Virus record (IMG/VR): IMGVR_UViG_3300032007_000067
Span: 1-64,000 of that record
DNA: 64,000 nucleotides
Source: a virus
Lineage: Duplodnaviria; Caudoviricetes
Direction: 5' to 3' (one strand)
Shown: in pieces, positions 1-9,406 of the stretch
Layout: every line of letters starts with the position of its first letter
How positions within the stretch are numbered: position 1 is the stretch's first letter
Notes under the pieces: model-generated
Told to the model about the DNA's origin: nothing
Seen by the model: only the letters and a program-made list of their open reading frames with translations
The model's database searches: none
Translations under genes and position numbers: made by a program

Positions 1-15
1 TGGAAGAGTGTGGAG

Positions 16-273
16 CTAGGCGGCTTCCCTGCTAGCAAGGTCAATAATAGTGCGCTGTGCTACTCTAACAGTTTCCGTCATTGTGTTTAAAATGAAAGGA
101 ACTGTAAACAATACAGTGCCATTCTTCCGGACCTGCATCTCACATGTATCACGATAAGACCAAGCACGAACCCTTGCTTTAAACTCATTGCCGGCATGAT
201 TAAGAGTAACGAAAGTATTAAACACGGTGTCAGTGTCGCACCATGTAATTTTAACTTTTTTCAAAATAATCAT
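16..273 (-). CDS. Hypothetical early protein
   Basis: ORF 16-318. CATGGAG RBS precedes ATG at 273 (MIILKK), the preferred start; ATG at 318 sits at the predicted +1. Confidence 0.7.
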   Translation of the reverse strand: MIILKKVKITWCDTDTVFNTFVTLNHAGNEFKARVRAWSYRDTCEMQVRKNGTVLFTVPFILNTMTETVRVAQRTIIDLASREAA

Positions 274-370
274 TTTTTCAAATCTCCATGTTATGCGGGA
301 CTTTTTCCCGCTGTTCATGTGTATATGATCTCATAGGTTCGGATCTTTGCAAATTGTTTTTTAATGTTTT

Positions 371-386
371 TGTGAACTGTATCACA
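371..386 (-). promoter_or_regulatory. CRP-type box
   Basis: TGTGA-ACTGTA-TCACA, perfect consensus; 40 nt upstream of a GATCAT -10-like box (330-325), with -35 TTGCAA. Confidence 0.75.
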
Positions 387-660
387 AATTTAATCAAAAA
401 GCAGCTCAGGTGATATTAGGTTACTTTTTAAGCGTATCATATCCAGCTTTTATTATATTCTCAAAATATTTTGTATTTGGTCTGATAGTTTTTATGCTGA
501 TTTTTAAAATTATTATTATAATTTTAAAAGTTATTTCAAGCCGCCAAAGTCAGGTTTCCCGTATAATTTTTCGATATACTAGACCCAGCTTTTTTGGTAA
601 CTCGTATAAAAATATTAAAATTCCTGGGTGTTAAAAAATTGTTACTTTTGGCAATTCCTG

Positions 661-694
661 AAAAAACAAAAACCGGAACTTTTTACAGTTCCGG
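661..694 (-). terminator. Intrinsic terminator after the clamp-like gene
   Basis: CCGGAACT/AGTTCCGG stem followed by a T tract on the minus strand. Confidence 0.65.
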
Positions 695-769
695 CATATT
701 TTAAGATTTTAAAATTAGCCTTTAATTATAATCAGACATAAAATGAACAATATAATCATTTATGCCGCC

Positions 770-2077
770 TTATAATACAATTTTACTGATAATTATAATA
801 TCCCTGTTTTCGGTATTTGTAATTTTAACACTATTGCTTTTTGCTATAAATTGGAATTCTAAAGATGTGTATTTGCTGTCGAGGCTTTTACAGATATCCA
901 ACAAATAATCGCAACTTAAAGCAATTTCAAGGTCTATCATGTTAAATTCATTTTCAGCGTTTAATTGTATTGTTTTATTGTATTCCTGAATTGCACCGTT
1001 TTTACATTCATTCTTTTTTGTTCCTTTTAATAAAATGTGATTATTTGCTCCGGTTCCGGTAATAATCACTGCATGATTCAGTTTGTTAGTATATTCTTTT
1101 ATGCTTTCAAGTCCTTTTTTCAGCTCAGATATTCTAATACTAAAAGAATGATCTGTGTGATTATTCGGTATTATCATTTTCATGTTTGGGTAATTTTCAC
1201 TGTCAGGCAAAAAACCTAAATTAAATCCGGAATCATTTTCAAGTGATATATTGCAATGATTGTCAGAAAACTCAATTATATAATTCTTGCTCAGGTTTTC
1301 TTTTTTATTTGCTTTTATATCCTTCTCCAAAAATAACAGTATGTTTTTAGGAATTAAAAGATTATTTTTTGAAACGTTTTTATTTTTCCCGGCATAACTG
1401 ACCCACAATTTACCAACATTCCCCCGATAGCCATCGCAGGAATAAACATCAATATACGTGTTTATGCAGCTTATTTCCGGCAAAATTATATTCAAATTTT
1501 CTAATGATTTTCTGAAATCATTATCAGCCACAAAGCATTTTTTAGTTTTTATCATATCTAATAAATCATCCCCCCGAACCGATATTTCATTTTTAAACAC
1601 AAAATTATCAATTTTCGGAATAATGCCAATCGCTGTTTTTTCTGTATTTAAAACCGGAACGAAAAATTTGTTATATTTTCCCTGTTTGATCTGTATAACA
1701 GTTTGTTCATAATGATCGATCTGTGAAATCGTAAAGGAAAAATCACTTGTATTTATTCCCGAAAAATATTTAATAAAATCATCGGTATTCATTTTTAAAA
1801 GCAGATCGCTGTTATGGGATTTAATTATAATATTATTGTCATATTCAAACCGGGGAAAAATTTTAAATTCCTGCAAAAACATTTTCCCGTTTTCATAAAT
1901 CCGATAAAGATTCATTCCAAGATCGCAAAATTCAAAATAAATCACATCATTTTTAAGATCTTTTTTAGTTTTTGCAATTTTGAAATTTTTAATTCTGCTA
2001 TAAATCCGGTTAAAAACATCGGTTTTAATTTCAGCTTCATTAATAACATTTTCGGCATTAATTCTTACATTTTCCAT
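770..2077 (-). CDS. DNA polymerase III beta-clamp-like protein with divergent N-terminus
   Basis: C-terminal two thirds resemble clamp domains II-III: VYSCDGYR (cf. V.TDG.RL), LLIPKN, NYPNMKMIIP (cf. YP.Y..VIP), ALSCDYLLDICKSL (cf. FN..YL.D.L). Confidence 0.6.
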   Translation of the reverse strand: MENVRINAENVINEAEIKTDVFNRIYSRIKNFKIAKTKKDLKNDVIYFEFCDLGMNLYRIYENGKMFLQEFKIFPRFEYDNNIIIKSHNSDLLLKMNTDDFIKYFSGINTSDFSFTISQIDHYEQTVIQIKQGKYNKFFVPVLNTEKTAIGIIPKIDNFVFKNEISVRGDDLLDMIKTKKCFVADNDFRKSLENLNIILPEISCINTYIDVYSCDGYRGNVGKLWVSYAGKNKNVSKNNLLIPKNILLFLEKDIKANKKENLSKNYIIEFSDNHCNISLENDSGFNLGFLPDSENYPNMKMIIPNNHTDHSFSIRISELKKGLESIKEYTNKLNHAVIITGTGANNHILLKGTKKNECKNGAIQEYNKTIQLNAENEFNMIDLEIALSCDYLLDICKSLDSKYTSLEFQFIAKSNSVKITNTENRDIIIISKIVL

Positions 2078-2177
2078 GATAAATAGTCCTATATTAGTTA
2101 AATTTGATTTTTTAATTTAATCCCGGTTTTAAAAACCGGAAACATTTTATTTTATTTTTCTGTTTTATTCCTCCGGA

Positions 2178-2732
2178 TCATCTGAAAAAATCTATTATAT
2201 ACTCTGCTAACTGTTTATCATTATCAAAATAATAATCTTTTATTAATTTAATAATATCCGATATTTGATAATGATCAAAACAAAAATCGTTTATTCTATC
2301 ATGCAAAGTACCGCCATAAGTGCAGATATAATTAAACGATTTGTAAAACGTATCTTGTAAATATCTCCCGATCTCTTCTTCTGCATCCTCGCTTTTTAAC
2401 AATTTCTGAATATCTTCAATACTCAAAAAATACGCCAAATCTTCATGATCGTTATAATCAAATATCCCGGAACGATTTTTTAATTCATAAAGATCTAAAA
2501 ACTCCCACAATATCCGTTCCCCTGCTTCTGTATATAAAAGATCCGAAACGGTTTTTATTTCGCTGTTGTGGCAGTAGTCTGTAAAATCACATTCTAAAAC
2601 TTCCCAAAAATCGCATAAATTGCGATCTATATATTGTAAAATATCATTATATATGTGATTTTTGATGCTGTTTACATGGTGCAAAATGTCGTATAAATTA
2701 GTATCTTGAATATCTTTTTTAAGTAAAATCAT
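2178..2732 (-). CDS. Hypothetical acidic early protein
   Basis: 184-aa ORF, CATGGAG RBS, rich in D/E and aromatic residues. Confidence 0.75.
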   Translation of the reverse strand: MILLKKDIQDTNLYDILHHVNSIKNHIYNDILQYIDRNLCDFWEVLECDFTDYCHNSEIKTVSDLLYTEAGERILWEFLDLYELKNRSGIFDYNDHEDLAYFLSIEDIQKLLKSEDAEEEIGRYLQDTFYKSFNYICTYGGTLHDRINDFCFDHYQISDIIKLIKDYYFDNDKQLAEYIIDFFR

Positions 2733-2787
2733 TTTTTAATTTCTCCATGTCTGTAAAATCCGGGAAAAAATCCCGGATGTTAAAATT

Positions 2788-3201
2788 TTACGCTTTTATT
2801 TTTATTCCTTTTTCCCTGCATATTACCTTTATTTTTTCATAACCTTTTTTAGCGTATTTCGCTTGCATTTTTAAAAAGTCTATATATTTATCTTCATTTT
2901 CCCACTGTGTAAACTTCTCCGGAGTTAATAAGGTTTTAGCAAGATCATAATTAGAAATTAATCCGCATCCGCCGTTACTCCACTGTTCAAAATCTTTAGC
3001 ACCGTTCAAAATCGTTTTGATCAAAGATCCGTTGCTCCATTCAATTTTAGAAATGTTTTCAATTTCAGGATCTAATTTTTCATAATCCAAACAATTTGAA
3101 ACATCTTCTAAATGACTAATAGCATAATAATTAATGTTTTTATCTTCCTGAGTATTACAGATCTCATTTTCAATTAAAGCAATAATATCATTGATTTTCA
3201 T
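2788..3201 (-). CDS. Conserved hypothetical phage protein
   Basis: CATGGAG RBS before MKIND; motif LNGA.DF.QWS.GGC.LI.N.D.A..L.TP recalled from gut phage proteins. Confidence 0.75.
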   Translation of the reverse strand: MKINDIIALIENEICNTQEDKNINYYAISHLEDVSNCLDYEKLDPEIENISKIEWSNGSLIKTILNGAKDFEQWSNGGCGLISNYDLAKTLLTPEKFTQWENEDKYIDFLKMQAKYAKKGYEKIKVICREKGIKIKA

Positions 3202-3368
3202 TTTTATTTTTCTCCATGTTTGTAGCAATGCGGGATCTGAAATAATCCCGCAAAAAATTATAAATTTATTATGCCTGTAATGCTGTAAAGTTTGTGAAAG
3301 CTGTTTCGCTGTTCACGATTCTATGATCTCACGATTTGCAGAAAACTCAAAAACTCTTTTATCGTTTT

Positions 3369-3384
3369 TGTGATGCACTTCACA
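3369..3384 (-). promoter_or_regulatory. CRP-type box
   Basis: TGTGA-TGCACT-TCACA, perfect; 40 nt upstream of GATCAT (3328-3323). Confidence 0.75.
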
Positions 3385-3653
3385 AATTTAACGCAAAAAG
3401 TCTTGAAGTCTTTGTATTACAAGCCCTAGCAGGGATCGATCCTTTTAAACCCTTACATTATAAGCTCTGATCTGTTTTTTAATCCCGCCGATCCTTACGT
3501 TACAAGGCTTCGCAGGTTGTCCAGGGGTTTAAATAAAAATTAATCCCGTTCTGAAATAAAATAAAAAATCGGAACTCTTTTTAAGTCCCGATTAGTCTAG
3601 TTTTTTGCAGCTGCCGGATGCCCCGAAGGGATTAAATTTTATCCGTTATATGT

Positions 3654-4556
3654 CTAGTTTTTAAACCTCGTCTGGCTGTTCAGCACTTGCGATCCGACTA
3701 CTTTTATTGACCTTGGTAGCACCTGGCGTTCCCGCCCCCAGTCTGCCATTGACCGGTAAACCTTGACCCAGCTTTTGCCCTCAGATCGCCATCTAAAGCC
3801 TGCCTCTTTAACCTTTTCTTTATCGTCAAAACTGCACTTGACCTCGATCTCAATACTCACCTGCGCCGCCGCCTCGCACAATTCTCGCAAGGTTTGTGTA
3901 GCCCGTAACACCTGTAACAGCATCAAAACATCGTTTATTGCTCTATGTGCTTGATACCAGTACCCGCATAAATACGCCAGCATCTCCAAGTTTTTAGCTT
4001 TATAGCCTTTTTCAGCCCACCTAATTTCGGTCAAACTGTCTGCCCAGTGAAGATCCCAGCTTTCAGGCCGGTTAAAGGTTTTCTCAAAGATTCTTCTGTC
4101 AAAACTCGCATTATGCGCCACCACCAAACACCGCTCCGGAAGGTATTCCGCAAAATCTTCCCACATCAGCCTTTTTTTCAGCATGTCCGGGCGGATGCCG
4201 GTTAATTGTTGGATCTCCTCGCTCGGTTCCCGTTCCGGCTTTGAAAACGCATCAAACAAACAGTCAATGCTCAATACTTCCTTTGTTCTCACGTCATAAC
4301 TGCATACACAAAAAGCCAATTCTATGAGTTCTGCATCAGCCGTGATTCCCGTTGTCTCAGTATCAAGTATCACCAGCTTTCTCACCCGCTTTTCCGGAAC
4401 CTGTGTATCTGAAAGTATGATTTTCTCAAAACTTTTTCCCGCTCCGGAGACAAACCTCAGATCATCAGTCTCCAGCGGATTGCGTTCAATCGCTTTCCAT
4501 CGCTCCGGCTCCGCAATAATTTTCTGTAATTCTTCCTGCGTTACCATATCTCCCAC
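3654..4556 (-). CDS. DEDDh 3'-5' exonuclease (DnaQ/epsilon-like)
   Basis: ExoI ILDTETTG, ExoII VAHNASFD, ExoIII HRAINDV. Confidence 0.9.
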   Translation of the reverse strand: MGDMVTQEELQKIIAEPERWKAIERNPLETDDLRFVSGAGKSFEKIILSDTQVPEKRVRKLVILDTETTGITADAELIELAFCVCSYDVRTKEVLSIDCLFDAFSKPEREPSEEIQQLTGIRPDMLKKRLMWEDFAEYLPERCLVVAHNASFDRRIFEKTFNRPESWDLHWADSLTEIRWAEKGYKAKNLEMLAYLCGYWYQAHRAINDVLMLLQVLRATQTLRELCEAAAQVSIEIEVKCSFDDKEKVKEAGFRWRSEGKSWVKVYRSMADWGRERQVLPRSIKVVGSQVLNSQTRFKN

Positions 4557-5134
4557 ACTCCCATATCATTTTTATGATAAATCCGCTGATTATCTGATCC
4601 ACGATACGGCAAAAAATGAGTTGCGTTTTTATCATATTTTCCATCTACAAGATAATCAAAATATTCTGTAAAATAATAAAAAAATCCGTTTTGAGAATCC
4701 GTTTCCGGTTCCTGAGCGTTCCCGCCCCCTTCGTCCAAAAATCCGTTTACAAGTTCCCGATCTTCTGTTCCCCAGCTCCCGCCGCCTATTTTGTCGTATT
4801 GCAGAACATGTTTCTCATAGCCTGTATAGCACCAAATCTGAATCTTATCGTCAAAATTCCGTTTTACCTGTTGTGCAATCCACAGAACTTTATTCCGGTT
4901 AAAAAGAGCCAGCGGATCACCGCCTGAAAAAGTAATTCGTTTTATTTGCGGCCTTTCTAATATTTCAAATAATTTCTGCAACGTTTCTTCTGTAAATATT
5001 TTTCCCTTTTTCCGGTTCCATGATGCCCGATTAAAGCACCCCTCGCACTGATGATAACAGCCTGACACAAATAATGTCATGCCGTAACCTAATCCGTTAT
5101 TATTTTCACATTCTTCAATTTTTAAATATTTCAT
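4541..5134 (-). CDS. nrdG: Anaerobic ribonucleotide reductase activating protein
   Basis: Radical SAM motif LFVSGCYHQCEGCFN, ITFSGGDPL, WCYTGY, DYLVDG, RGSDNQRI. Confidence 0.93.
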   Translation of the reverse strand: MKYLKIEECENNNGLGYGMTLFVSGCYHQCEGCFNRASWNRKKGKIFTEETLQKLFEILERPQIKRITFSGGDPLALFNRNKVLWIAQQVKRNFDDKIQIWCYTGYEKHVLQYDKIGGGSWGTEDRELVNGFLDEGGGNAQEPETDSQNGFFYYFTEYFDYLVDGKYDKNATHFLPYRGSDNQRIYHKNDMGVWEIW

Positions 5135-5282
5135 TCCGTAAAAATCCGTTTTTATTTTTATTTCCGTTTTTGTTATGTAAAATCCGTTTCTCTATTCTAC
5201 CACCATTCCCCTAACCATGCCGCCCCCTTGCTCACGAATCTGCTAAACATTCTAGTTCCGTTAAATATTCTTTCCCGCAAAC

Positions 5283-5308
5283 AAAAAAAAGCCCTCATTT
5301 CTGAGGGC
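5283..5308 (-). terminator. Intrinsic terminator
   Basis: GCCCTCA/TGAGGGC stem followed by 8 T on the minus strand. Confidence 0.7.
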
Positions 5309-5369
5309 AAAAAGGACTAAAATCATAATCGTATTGTAAAACAAATCTGTTAAAACTTCAATATTTATT

Positions 5370-5714
5370 TTAAATAATTTTCACCTGAGACAAAAATCCG
5401 TTTAAAAGACTGTCGAGTCTCTGCGCAACCTGATTCACTTCTGCCCAAAAAATTTTACTATCAATTTTTTCTAAACTGTTTTTCCGATACTCCAACAAAG
5501 CAACCGAAAAATCCATAATCACAAGTATTCTGTCATACTGGCATTGAGCCTGAAGGAAACTCATGTAATCCATTGTTAAATCTCTTTTCCCGATCCTGAA
5601 TGTGATTTTTATTCCCGGTTCAGATCTTTCAGAACAAAGATCCGTTTCAAAATTCGTCATTTCCTGATTTGCGATCTCGCATATACCCAGTGTGATTGTT
5701 ATTTTTTCCCGCAT
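5370..5714 (-). CDS. Hypothetical protein
   Basis: 114-aa ORF in a co-oriented early gene run. Confidence 0.65.
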   Translation of the reverse strand: MREKITITLGICEIANQEMTNFETDLCSERSEPGIKITFRIGKRDLTMDYMSFLQAQCQYDRILVIMDFSVALLEYRKNSLEKIDSKIFWAEVNQVAQRLDSLLNGFLSQVKII

Positions 5715-5776
5715 ACAATCCGTTTTCCTGCTGTCTGACCGGGAGCAGAACGGCCCTGCCCCCTTTTTGCGTCAGA

Positions 5777-6013
5777 TTATAGCATACCACAATCACCCGA
5801 AACCCGTGACCATTTCTGGCCGTTGTGCATGACCTCGGCCCCAGTCATAAATCCGATTCTATCCACGGTAGTTCCAATATATAACACTGTTCCCTGAAAA
5901 AACTGCTTTTTCAAAGCCTCTTTCCTTGCATCTTTCAGGCTCTCTGCATTGAGTTTAACAGCTTGTCTGCATCTGTATCCGCAATTCTGCAATGTTTCTA
6001 CCATGTAATACAT
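5777..6013 (-). CDS. Small conserved phage protein
   Basis: 78 aa; motif A.SL.DA.K.A...QFFQGTVL.I recalled from other phages; AAGGA RBS. Confidence 0.7.
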   Translation of the reverse strand: MYYMVETLQNCGYRCRQAVKLNAESLKDARKEALKKQFFQGTVLYIGTTVDRIGFMTGAEVMHNGQKWSRVSGDCGML

Positions 6014-6034
6014 AATCTGTCCCCTTATTCCTTT

Positions 6035-6349
6035 TTAAGCCCACTTGTAAAAAGCACCATGCAGAATACATTCAAAAAGTTCTTTTACATTCTTTTTTGA
6101 TCTCGGACGGTTATTTAATGTTAATACCCGATAAAAGTAAGTGACACCCGCCATAATAGCATTTTCATCGCCGTTTCTCAGACAAAGCCCTACAACCTTT
6201 CTCCCGGCCTTATCAGATTTTACAAGATCTAATTCCAAGTGATCAGATACAATGTATTTCATTCTCAGTTCAGGGCATTTTCTAAATAATTCCTGATTTA
6301 TTTCGTCGGTTGCTTTATCAAGTTCATTCAATCTGCTGAATACAAACAT
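6035..6349 (-). CDS. Hypothetical protein
   Basis: 104-aa ORF, GAGGA RBS. Confidence 0.7.
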   Translation of the reverse strand: MFVFSRLNELDKATDEINQELFRKCPELRMKYIVSDHLELDLVKSDKAGRKVVGLCLRNGDENAIMAGVTYFYRVLTLNNRPRSKKNVKELFECILHGAFYKWA

Positions 6350-6403
6350 TTTATTTTCCTCTATGCTTTTTCAAAGCGGGGTCCAAGCCCCGCCGATCCG
6401 TTT

Positions 6404-6838
6404 TTAATCCACTACCTTTGCTTTAAATTCCAAAGTAGGTGCTGCCTCTTTAGTAATCAAAGTCTGGTCCACAATGCCTTTCTGTTCTTCTGTTAGCATC
6501 TTGTATTTTTTGTTATCCAGCGAATGCTTAACTTTGAACAAACTGCCTACGTCAACCCCGCAAATCTCAGCTTCAGCGGCCACAATGCTGAACTTTTCCT
6601 CGTCAACGGTAGTATTGAACTTTTTTGTAAAGATAAGTTCACCGCCCTTCACATCAGCCTTATTCTTGCCCGTAACGGATTCCTTAAAAGTCTCCTGAAC
6701 CAACTTTTTTCTTAAATCCATTTCGTATGCCTTGATAGTTTCAAGTACCTCGCCCGCCTGTCTCCAAGCTGTAAGGATATCCCCGCTGTTTACAAGTGAT
6801 ACGATCTGTTCCTTGACAATTTCATTTAAAGTACACAT
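6404..6838 (-). CDS. Conserved phage protein of unknown function
   Basis: 144 aa; EM.LRK...F...G.N...GG.L...K.N..VD and EAAPTLEF pattern recalled from siphoviruses; GAGGA RBS. Confidence 0.75.
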   Translation of the reverse strand: MCTLNEIVKEQIVSLVNSGDILTAWRQAGEVLETIKAYEMDLRKKLVQETFKESVTGKNKADVKGGELIFTKKFNTTVDEEKFSIVAAEAEICGVDVGSLFKVKHSLDNKKYKMLTEEQKGIVDQTLITKEAAPTLEFKAKVVD

Positions 6839-6862
6839 TTTTTGTTTCCTCTTTAGTTAAGT

Positions 6863-7162
6863 TTACTGCAAATTATTATTTTTCAACCACTGATCAAATT
6901 CTGTTTTCCACGCCGGGTAAAGTTCCTCGGCTAGTTTTTCAATGTCTGACCAATCTTCATAACGGGATTTACACAGCTCATTTAAATCTGCATCTTTCGC
7001 AAATTTCTTTAACTGCCGATCTACTTTATCGGTAATAAACATGATAAAATCTTTATCTGCTTTACCGTTTTGTATGTCGGTCGCAATCCGATATCCGGTA
7101 AACAATGCAAGATCAGTCAAATTGAATTCTTGCGGAATTCCTTTTTCAAACAGCCTTTTCAT
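6863..7162 (-). CDS. Hypothetical protein
   Basis: 99-aa ORF, first gene after the 7266 CRP-type promoter. Confidence 0.7.
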   Translation of the reverse strand: MKRLFEKGIPQEFNLTDLALFTGYRIATDIQNGKADKDFIMFITDKVDRQLKKFAKDADLNELCKSRYEDWSDIEKLAEELYPAWKTEFDQWLKNNNLQ

Positions 7163-7265
7163 AACCTTTTTCCTTATGTTTGAACTTTCCTTTGTTAAGC
7201 CCCTTGCTTAACTGTTATAAGTATATCAAAGGGCAATTCCTTTTTAAATATTCTTTTATCTGTTT

Positions 7266-7281
7266 TGTGAAGTCTATCACA
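7266..7281 (-). promoter_or_regulatory. CRP-type box
   Basis: TGTGA-AGTCTA-TCACA, perfect; 40 nt upstream of extended -10 TGa-TATACT; overlaps the TGA stop of ORF 7277-7711. Confidence 0.75.
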
Positions 7282-7711
7282 TTTCAGTGAACATCTCCGG
7301 TAAAGCCCCAAGCTCTTCACCTTTGCGGTGAAAAAATTCCATCTCCGGATCTTCTTCACCGCCATTCCCGTTAATGCGGTTAAAATGTTCCCTCAAATCA
7401 GCATCCCGCTCCGCAAACTCGGTCAATATCATTCTGATCGCTTCTTTTACGGTTTTATTCTGCCCTTCGGCTTTCTCCTTAACCGTGAGATACACGCATA
7501 AACTAAAAATGTTTTCTTTATCATCATTCTCTACAAGATAATGAAAAGTCTCTCGCAAAATATCATAAACTGTTACTACATCACGAGACCTCATTTTATG
7601 GCCGAACCGGTAAATCTCAAAGCAGATATACAACCGGTTCATAATTTGTAATTTTTTAATATCTGACACCAGTTTATGATCGTTAATAGTTCCGTTGCAC
7701 ATGGTATTCAC
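7277..7711 (-). CDS. Hypothetical protein
   Basis: 144-aa ORF, AGGAG RBS. Confidence 0.7.
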   Translation of the reverse strand: MNTMCNGTINDHKLVSDIKKLQIMNRLYICFEIYRFGHKMRSRDVVTVYDILRETFHYLVENDDKENIFSLCVYLTVKEKAEGQNKTVKEAIRMILTEFAERDADLREHFNRINGNGGEEDPEMEFFHRKGEELGALPEMFTEM

Positions 7712-7716
7712 TCCTT

Positions 7717-7968
7717 TTAAAAAATCTGCTCTGCCAAAAATTCCAAGTCATTTTCATACCGTGCTAAAATCTCGCTTGCTGGCATATCTTTCGCTAAAAA
7801 CCTCTTTTTGTCTGTCATCCTTACTGTGTATCCGAAACCGCTGTTATTATCGGTTTCGTTCTGAAGTTCATGCAAAAATTTGAACAAATCTTCGTAACCT
7901 TCTCCCGTGTAAAGTCTAGCCGCATTTTCACTGTCAATGATATGAAATCTAAAATCGTTAATATTCAT
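7717..7968 (-). CDS. Hypothetical protein
   Basis: 83-aa ORF, CAGGAG RBS. Confidence 0.7.
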   Translation of the reverse strand: MNINDFRFHIIDSENAARLYTGEGYEDLFKFLHELQNETDNNSGFGYTVRMTDKKRFLAKDMPASEILARYENDLEFLAEQIF

Positions 7969-8013
7969 TTTTCGCTCCTGGAGGGCAGATAACCTGCCCT
8001 GTGAAATTGTTTG

Positions 8014-8358
8014 TTATTCAGCTACAACCGCTAATCCGTGAATGTAATCTGCAATTTCTGACAAGCCTTCTAAAGCCTTTTCCAGTTCGGGCTTTTTGCT
8101 CCTGATTTTCTTCAAATTTGCTTTCACGTTATCGATCATGTTTTCAATAGTCCCGACTGTATCTGAACTATCATAGTTTTCTGCAAGGTGCTGAATGTAT
8201 TCAGCGTTCCATGATTTAGGATCCCGTTCCTGATCCTCAACCTGATTACAGCATTCTATAATATGCTCTGCCGTATCCCGGTTAAAGACATTTTCCAAAA
8301 AGTCTTTAAGTTCATACGGGCTGATAAGTTCTTCATCTTTAGTCCTGAAATAACACAT
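8014..8358 (-). CDS. Hypothetical protein
   Basis: 114-aa ORF, TTGGAG RBS. Confidence 0.7.
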   Translation of the reverse strand: MCYFRTKDEELISPYELKDFLENVFNRDTAEHIIECCNQVEDQERDPKSWNAEYIQHLAENYDSSDTVGTIENMIDNVKANLKKIRSKKPELEKALEGLSEIADYIHGLAVVAE

Positions 8359-8464
8359 TTTATTTATTCTCCAAGTTAGTGTTTTTGCTCCGCAACCTTT
8401 CGTTGCTTTCTGATTGTAAGTTTACAGCTATTCCTTCTCACGGTAAACTTTCTTTTATTGTTTT

Positions 8465-8480
8465 TGTGAGTTATTTCACG
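8465..8480 (-). promoter_or_regulatory. CRP-type box
   Basis: TGTGA-GTTATT-TCACG (9/10); 40 nt upstream of -10 TAAACT, with -35 TTTACC and a 17-nt spacer. Confidence 0.7.
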
Positions 8481-8989
8481 TTTCTCAATTCTTCTGCTTT
8501 TGCAAGGATCTGATCCCAGTCCTCAAACCGGGTCATGAGAGAAAACCGGACATCATCTTCCCAGCGTGTCAGCCGTTCCCTGTCATGCCATTTCTGAATG
8601 ATCCTTTCCGCATAATCCATTAACGCTCTTATTTCCGGAGCAAAAAACTCCCACAGATATTCGATCCCGGTTTCCCGGCCTGATACACACCTCCAACCCT
8701 CGTTTTCACGATATACTGCCCACTTGTAATTTACAAGAGTATCAAGATTTCCAGCGTTAATCAGACAGGCTTTCATAATTTCCCAATCTTGCTCCCCGTT
8801 AAACTCACGGTTGAAAGTATGGAACCTTCCGCCCTGTCCAATAATACTTGCATATCGGCACATATCCCCGAAAAATCCGTCCATGTCTTTTTCTTGCAGT
8901 TTTATGAAAATACACGCCTTCACCTGATTCTTTAAGGTTTCAAGATCTTTCGTTTCTGCAATGTTAATGCTGTCGTGAATGAGTTTCAT
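8471..8989 (-). CDS. Hypothetical protein
   Basis: ORF 8471-9052; TTGGAG RBS supports the MKLIH start at 8989. Confidence 0.7.
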   Translation of the reverse strand: MKLIHDSINIAETKDLETLKNQVKACIFIKLQEKDMDGFFGDMCRYASIIGQGGRFHTFNREFNGEQDWEIMKACLINAGNLDTLVNYKWAVYRENEGWRCVSGRETGIEYLWEFFAPEIRALMDYAERIIQKWHDRERLTRWEDDVRFSLMTRFEDWDQILAKAEELRNVK

Positions 8990-9048
8990 AATATTCTCCA
9001 AGTTGTTAATGTTTGTCGTTTCTGAGTAATAGTTTACTACCGTCTGTA

Positions 9049-9282
9049 TCACAAAGAGTTCCGAATGTTTTCCAAAAAATCATACGCCTCGCCAACTTCA
9101 TCTTCTGTCCATTCCTGACGGGAAAGAAAACTTCCGTCACATAAAGCATCCATAATCATTTTGACGTTGCTTTCAAACGTTTCGTTATCATCCCAATAAT
9201 TCTCAAATTCTGAGATAACATCAAAACAACCATTTTCTCTTGCAGTATTTTCAAGATCTTTGTAAGTAGTGAGTTCTTTCAT
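9049..9282 (-). CDS. Small, strongly acidic hypothetical protein
   Basis: 77 aa; about 20 D/E versus 6 K/R by hand count. Confidence 0.7.
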   Translation of the reverse strand: MKELTTYKDLENTARENGCFDVISEFENYWDDNETFESNVKMIMDALCDGSFLSRQEWTEDEVGEAYDFLENIRNSL

Positions 9283-9387
9283 TTGTTTTAGTCCTTTAAA
9301 GTTAAAAAATCACCGGTTGTTGTTCCTCAACCGATGATTCCATTTTACTAAAAGCCTTTTTGACTTGCAGAAGTCTTTTTACAGTTT

Positions 9388-9403
9388 TGTGATATAGTTC
9401 ACA
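9388..9403 (-). promoter_or_regulatory. CRP-type box
   Basis: TGTGA-TATAGT-TCACA, perfect; 40 nt upstream of -10 TAAAAT. Confidence 0.75.
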
Positions 9404-9406
9404 AAT

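Noticed and set aside
410-634. Plus-strand 74-aa hydrophobic ORF
   Set aside because: GTG start without an RBS in very AT-rich DNA opposite to the local transcription direction; hydrophobicity is expected from T-rich codons.
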